Positions 57,542-64,000 of a stretch of 64,000 nucleotides of DNA are shown here, piece after piece; within the stretch, counting starts at the first letter, position 1, and each line of letters starts with the position of its first letter. The DNA is from Raillietiella orientalis (Eukaryota): positions 124,001-188,000 of the forward strand of contig JAYWIR010000043.1 of NCBI GenBank assembly GCA_036172245.1, in the 5' to 3' direction. The position numbers and the translations under genes were made by a program. A model generated the notes under the pieces. It searched no databases. It was not told where the DNA came from and saw only the letters and a program-made list of their open reading frames with translations.

Positions 57542-60500
57542 TTCTCACCCGGTCACACCGGAGCGTTTATTTCATAGAATATGAACAAAAACAATCATAT
57601 AAAATAAACCAGCTGCCATGCTGTCAACCGACGACTGAACAAGGATCAAGAAAAAATTGCTGGCACGTAGGCCAGAATAACACAGAACGGTGTGCGAAAA
57701 CTGGGAACACAAGCAAACAAAAACAAAAGAAAAAGAAATCAATGGGGGACGGCGGGACAAGTGTCTTTGGGATCGCTCGGGTTCACAATGGGATAAAAGT
57801 AATGGAACCGGCAGTTTAGCAGAGCGAGCGGGAAAGGGGTATGGATTGGCTTCAACACGTAGTGATCACCGGATTAAGCCGTTCTTAAAAGTCTGTAAGC
57901 CGGCGATGGATGCTGGCGATGTTCTCTTTGACCTCGTCACGAAGATAAGGCCACCTATCTACCTTTTCTATGGATTCTGCTGCAAACCGTTGAGCCTCAC
58001 TTCGCTGCGCTGACAACACCAGGGCGTAGCAAGCCTTCACGATGGCGCGAAAGCAACACACGGTTGCGACAATGGCGCCTACCGAAAATCTATTCCTCCT
58101 GAAGAAGCGCCGCAGCACATCAATAGCAGTGCCACCCTGCGGCAGGATTGCTGAAATCAGCCTTCGCCAAAGTTCACGGAGGTTACCGCAGTCCAGCAAG
58201 AGGTGCGGAAAAGACTCTATCTCTCCGCACCTCAAACTGTTTGGCAGAGCAGCTCCCCCGGGAACGATGCTTCGCAGCCGATTATAGTGGAAGCCCCAGT
58301 GAAAAAGAGCAGCACATCTTGTATCTACTTTAACGGGAACACGAAGCTGTCCAATCAAACGGGAGGAACCACTATCTCTTCCGGGGTTACACTTAAGTGT
58401 TCACTCCACCGAAGCAGGCCTTTCGCCCGATTAAGAGGAGTGGCAGTTTCCACCAGCTCCTTTGTCGTCCAGCCGCCGAGGAGCTTACTGACTTCCGCTA
58501 TTGTGCAGGAGAACTGAAACCTCTTTGGTAGGCAACTGTCGTCGCTTGCCCTGAGGGCAGACAGCGCTTCGACGAGTGGTGTGGTGGCCAGACGATCCGT
58601 CTTCTTCTTCTCCTGCTTGACTTGATCCATTGGATGACTGATGAAAAGTCGCAGGCGCCGGATATCTTCCGAGTGCGTTTCTTCCGAAGCTGCCCACGAT
58701 GAAAAAGATCCCTGCCGACATGCATTAATGTTCATGAGGCGGCAGGAGATCCAACATTGGGCTTCTAGCAGTGAGGACAGCTGCCTCAGCAAGAAGCCAA
58801 ACCTTATTCTGGTGTGCCGAAACTGGGGCAGCAACGAAAGCAGTCCCTCGTTTCCCGTACAGCGCGTCAGTATAAGTCGTGCAGGTAAGCACCACGGCGT
58901 ACACCACAGCTTAGCACAGGGTCGCAGAATTCAAAACCGCACCTGCAGCTCTATGCTTTTTAAGTATAGGATGCCCAAGCCTGCATCCTGACGCGGCGCC
59001 ACCTAGTCTTTAAGTCTTACGCGGGTTCTTGCAGCGCCTGACAACGTTTTGCGTAGAAGGCGCTGCGTCCAGACATTGACTTCCTGGGAGGGTGGACAAA
59101 CAAAAAACAGGGGGCGCAGGAGAGGGGCAAAAAAGGTGTTCCAGATGCTGGCTCGTTCCGGCAAAACGAACTCGCCTCCTGAGAAAGGTCCAAGTGCACA
59201 CTCTGCCTTCCGAAGGCAGTCCGACCACGCTTGAGATGCAAGAGTCGCCCAACGGCACGCCAGTGTACCTTAGGTACATACCCGTGGGCATCCCCAGGCG
59301 GATCCAGTCGGACTGCCCGTCCCACGTGGCTCCAACCGGAACAACAATGCACTTGCTCCTGTTGACGCTCAAGCCCGCACCGCGACGGATCAACTCAAAG
59401 AAATCTTCAAGCGACACCGCCGGGTTGGACATGGGCAACAAGGGAAGCAGGTCGTCGGCATAGGCTGCCACAGCCGGCGTACCTGGACAGGAGCTCGGCA
59501 GGTTGGCTAGCGTCAGCCTGTAAACCTTCAGCACCATTTCGAAATAGATGCTAAAGAGCAGCGGGCTTAAGCTATCACCCTGCCTAATTCCTCGCCTAAC
59601 CGGCAGGCCGTACACGCGACAGCTACTGAAAACAATGGATGTAATCGCGTCTCGCCGGCAGGAGCGCAAGTACGCCATCGGGGATGCCAGGAGCCCCAGA
59701 CGTTCCAAGAGCTCAAGAAGAAGCTTTTGGTTCACGCAATCGAAAGCTTTGTACAAATCGACTGCAACCGCCACAGCTCCCGGGGTTTCCCTTTTCGACC
59801 CGCGCATTTGTCGGTGAGAGATCAAAGGCGTCGCTTCCGCACGACGATCCACCGCTACACGATGCTGCAATTGCAGCCATGTGCGGATGAACAAGAGATT
59901 CGTGTCTATGGACCGCCCAGGAACAGCGCACGTCTGCTCCGGACTTACCAAGGATACGGCGATCCTCCCCATCCGCGCCACTCAAAGTTTAGAGAACAAC
60001 TTGACGTCCGAATTCACTAATGCGATCGGACGCCAATTGTTAAGTAGGCGCAAATCTCCGCCTTTCGGCAGGAGACGCACCTTCGCTGATTGGAACGAGG
60101 CGGGGACATCCCCCGCGTCTTGCATCAGCGACGAGACCTGGAGCACTAGGTGGGTGAGCTCCGCCGCACAACACTGGAAGAATTCTGCGGGGAGTCCATC
60201 CTTGCCTGGCGCTTTCCGTTTCTTGAGTCCCGAGATGGTCGAAGAAATTTGCTCTCCCGTGAAGGTCTCATCGAGACGCACCGCGTTCCTCCTCGTCTAC
60301 GACTGGTGCATCAATCATCAGAAGCAGCTCGGAAGGACTGCGTTCCGTTGATGTCTCTGCATACAAAGAAGAGTAATAGCGCCTAACTATCCGCCGCACA
60401 TCGTCTGGAGCCGAGCATTCCCGGTCCTGGTCGTCGAGCAGAACTGTCACTTCTGACTGCCAGACCTGGCGCTAAGCCTTGGACTTGTACTCGGATAATT

Positions 60501-62170
60501 GAGCAACGACCGCGAGCCTGGAGTAAGAGTGGGCCTGCAGAAGATCTCTGCTGTTGGCTACACCCTCTCCGAGGCCGCGCAGCAGCTGGTGCAAGGGAAA
60601 CCGGCAGCAGAACACGCGGACCGATCTTTTAAGATCGTCCCAGTCCTCGAGCTCACTTATGGCACAACCGAGGAGGTACTGGCGAAGATGCTCATCCGCC
60701 TCCGGGTGGCTTAGCCAGTCTGCCGGCATCCTCCAAAAACAGTTTGGAGGCCCTTTGCCGGGAGGGAGCAACTCGAACTCGAGCCTGTTGTGGTCTGAAG
60801 GCACGGACGGCACTGGACCTCCCCGACCCAATCGACAGAGCAAGTGTTCATCAAGGTATACGTGGTCCGGCGTTGCTGCCATAACAGGGTCGCTAGCAAA
60901 TAAGTTGCACGCGTGCACGGACGCGCACATCTATTCCGCTAGCAACTTTTCCCTTTTGTGGGATCTATTCTCGGAAAGCAGGTGGACGTTAAAGTCCCCC
61001 GCAATGAGATGGGCCACAGTAGGGTGAGATCGAGTGAGCCACTGGCTTTGAAGGGTACCGAAGAACTCAATCCTTTCGGCCCATCGTCCAGCACCGCTCG
61101 GCGCGTACACGTTGGTTACGACAAGGTCCATCGATTCGGACCACTTGAGTACAAGCTGTCCCACTCGGCCTTCCGTGTCGAAACGAACGCTGCGCACCGC
61201 TCCCGCCAAAGTTCCTTGCACGAGGAAAGCGACGCCGCACGTACGTGGAACGCCGCACCTATAAAGTAGCGTTCCGCCCGCACGCCGTTCGATTTCGGCA
61301 GCCTGCTCTCCGGAGATGCTGTGAATCTCCTGTAGGAGCGTCAAGTCGAAGGCGCGCAGAGTGTCAGCCACTAGTCGCCTCTTCTCCTCGTGTTGGAGCC
61401 CGCTGACGTTCGAAGACGTTATGGCAACACGACGAGAAGACGCGATTGCCCTCATCACGGCTGGGAAAGCGAGGCCGTGATGCTCGTCTCACCCGGCGAG
61501 CGGGCAGTAAGCAGCACGACGGGCTGGAGGGCGCGGTCGCCACCGGCCTCAACTGTCCTGCACGTAATCGGGTGCTCCTCCCCGGGTGCAGAACCTGTGG
61601 GTTCCGGGGTGAGCACTCGCCGTTCGGCGGCGAGTGTGTCACGCCTCAGGGCTTCAGCCCTGCGGGCGCTCGCTCACGCGCGAGTAACGCGTTGTTCAGC
61701 AGCACTATCGGACTCCTTTGCGGAGTCTGATGCTCGCACGATCGACGTGCGCTTGCATCCGTCCCATTGCACCGGAATGGTCTTTTTGGCGGTCACAGAG
61801 GCGGACTTGCACGCGTTGAAGGCGCTGGCTTGTTCATTGGAAGAGGCACAAGCAGCGCGTGTTTTCGTATTCCCACGACTGCTTTTTCCTTTGGAAGAGC
61901 TCAGGGATGGATGTTGCGGAGCATTTTTTGGAGATTTTTCTTTCCTCCTCTCCACAACCTTCCATTAGCCTTCGCGCTTTTCGGAGGCTTCCGCGACAGT
62001 AGTTACGGAAACCTTGGGATTTTCGCTGCGTTCTCTGGGGGCGTTGCTTTCGCTACGCCTTTAAAAGGCGGCAACGGAGTCACCTTCTTGACAGTCGGGA
62101 GATCGCTCCGCTCATGCAGAGTCCGTGAACTTGCTCCGCGGCTCGAAGTATTGTGCGCTTGACAACTTAA
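57542..62170 (-). mobile_element. L1-I: decayed element (ORF2 61455-57885 and ORF1 C-terminus), interrupted by L1-J
   Basis: MRAIASSRRV, LQE, GDFN, SDH, KAPGKDG, DLYKAFD, YADD; terminal AATAAACGCTCCGGTGTGACCGGGTG. Right boundary approximate. Confidence 0.9.
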
Positions 62171-64000
62171 TCAGTTCATTGTGCTCGTGTGTGCCCGGAA
62201 AGGGGAAGTTTTCCAGAAGAAACAAAAAAAAAGAAGCGGCGAGGAGATCGCGGCAAAAGACCTGCAGTGGTCCCGTGCAGCAAGACCAACTGCCAGAATG
62301 CAGGCACCTAGAAGAGGAGTGGAGAGACCGTCGTCTTCCATGGAAGCCTTGGAGGTAACGTGCCGCAACGGCGAGGCGGTGGCAGGCATGCCGAGGATCG
62401 CGCCCGCGGCGGGCTTTGCTGCGCCGGCAGAGGCGACGCCGAGGATCGTGCCCGCGGCGGGGAAGGTCGCGCCTGCGGCGGCGATGCTGAGGGTGCCGCC
62501 CGCGGCGGTAACGGCGGCAACGTCGAGGATTGCGCCCGCGGCGGTGGCGTCCCAGGCGGGACCCGCGGGCGTCCACGCGGTGCAGGGAGCGACGCCGTCT
62601 TGTTTGGCTGCGGCGTCGCAGCCCTTTTGATATGCGTAGGTGGCGGCTGGACAGGCGAGTGTCCACCCACCTCGGAAATTCGGTAAGCCGCTTAGCGGAA
62701 AAGTACTAAAAGTGGACGGTCCAATAGTCGAAATAGGCCTCAACGTGAAGCCCATTATCTTCAAGACGGGGCTAATAAAATTTAATAACATCAGGGAGGT
62801 CTATTTGTCCCTCGACAAGACGGACATAGACTTTGATCGCATTCAGGCGATCATTCCATCAAACAACGGGTTCACAGTCTTTACAGACTGTGAAAACATT
62901 AGAGAGCGATTGATCCAGAATGGGATCAATATACAAGGACGGATGGTTTGTGGTATTGGCGAGATGCCATACACAACCGTCTTTTTAAACGGCATCTCCA
63001 TCCTCACACCGCAACTAGCGGTGTGGAATTACTTGGAGCAGTTTGGGGAAGTTCTGGACCTTGATTTCCAGAACTTCTCTGGAAACATATTTTCTGGCGA
63101 CATGATCGCCAAGATGAAGTTGAGGGAGAGAGCGGTGATCCCTGGATTGGCCGTTATTGACGAACAATCCCAGGGAGTGAATGTGCGTTACCGGCAACAA
63201 CCGGTATTCTGCACCGGGTGCAAGCAGTTCGGCCACAGGGCCGGGGCTTGCCCAACGTGTCGTTGTTTCCGCTGCGGCAAAGTAGGACATCAAGTCCGAA
63301 ACTGCCCGCAGCCGGAGGTGTGCTCCTTCTGCAAGAAACACGGACATGCGAAATGGAGCTGTCCGGAGTTTAAAAACTGCAGAAGGATTCGAGGTCTCTC
63401 TCCCGTGAGAGAGAGAAACATCAAGGAGGCCGAGCAGCCTCAGAAGGCAGGAAGGCAGAAAAAAGTGAAAGAAGCCGTCCCATTGTCGGCGGACGGCTTC
63501 ATAGACGTGGGAAAGAAGGGAAAGAGGAGGATGCTCGTCAAGGAGCAAGGAACTCCTCAAATCCTGGAAGCAGCAGAGCAGGAAGGCGAGAAGATGGAGG
63601 TAGCGCAGGAAGGCGCGAAGGAAGAGAGACAGGAAGCCACTAAAGTGTCGCAGGAAGCTCTGCAGACTACGGAGGAGTTGGCAACACTGGCGGAGGAGAT
63701 CATGGAGGTGCAAAGCGGTCCTCAGCAAGAGAAAATCTTGCAGAAGATCTGCACTGCACAAGAGAACATCAACCAGGTGGTGGAGGTCGCTGAACGCGAG
63801 AAGTTAGAGGAACAGCTTCTCGACGTGAAGGCGAACTTCTGCGCCAAAGTCGAAATAGAGGCGCTATCTCGAAAATTGATCGCGCAGGCGGAACACTCTA
63901 CGGAGGAGGCGGAAATTACCGACCTCACAGGTACGGAGAGTGACGCCGGCAGCGAAAAACCCGCTGCTTCTTCATTGTCTGGAAGAGCACGCTCTCTCAG
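62171..64000 (+). mobile_element. L1-J: 5' part of a more distant non-LTR element, running off the window
   Basis: Abrupt change from the L1-I ORF1 remnant to a plus-strand gag-like ORF1. The 5' boundary is uncertain by tens of bases; TCAGTT at 62171. Confidence 0.75.
62340..64000 (+). pseudogene. L1-J ORF1 (gag-like, three CCHC knuckles, Glu/Gln-rich tail), partial
   Basis: My translation: MEALEV...PF*YA*VAAG (stops at 62628 and 62637), then open with CTGCKQFGHRAGAC, CFRCGKVGHQVRNC and CSFCKKHGHAKWSC at 63210-63362. The distal part is absent from the supplied ORF track, probably because it has no stop in the window. Confidence 0.85.

Noticed and set aside
24613..57570. Recurring CACCCGG...GGGGCGTTTATT motif as a CRISPR repeat, tRNA fragment or fixed insertion target
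   Set aside because: It occurs at kilobase spacing in both orientations, always inside the TSD at an element's 3' end, so it is part of the element.
22566..64000. Telomeric HeT-A/TART-like head-to-tail array, or LTR/DIRS elements
   Set aside because: Orientations are mixed and the elements are nested with TSDs. No LTRs, integrase, protease, tyrosine recombinase or telomeric repeats were seen.
24613..64000. Antisense orientation bias of nested insertions
   Set aside because: Most nested elements are antisense to their host, but D and F are sense, and the number of events is too small to support a claim.

Overview
Eukaryotic, repeat-only DNA with no recognisable host gene. (1) Bases 1-844 hold two L1/Tx1-type ORF1 fragments, followed by a 99-N gap. 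(2) Bases 944-~22565 are a head-to-tail macrosatellite: 3.8 near-identical copies of a ~5.72 kb unit, with shared variants alternating A-B-A-B. Each unit carries a 40-nt hairpin and a decayed, unidentified reading frame. (3) Bases ~22566-64000 are a Russian-doll nest of at least 11 L1/Tx1-clade non-LTR retrotransposons (gag-like CCHC ORF1; APE endonuclease-RT-CCHC ORF2), which I label relic and L1-A to L1-J. Five have both ends resolved with target-site duplications and are essentially full length (5.5-5.9 kb). The most interesting signals are cis-elements shared by these divergent subfamilies: a 3' UTR stem-loop with a conserved CUGCGU loop and compensatory stem changes; a terminal AATAAA-hairpin-GGGTG end with no poly(A) tail; a 5' RGACGTGTTTT motif; and a TAATG ORF1/ORF2 stop-start overlap that is TAACA (no AUG) in one lineage. 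The host organism cannot be identified from the sequence. All assignments come from motif recognition and manual comparison of copies; no database searches were run.
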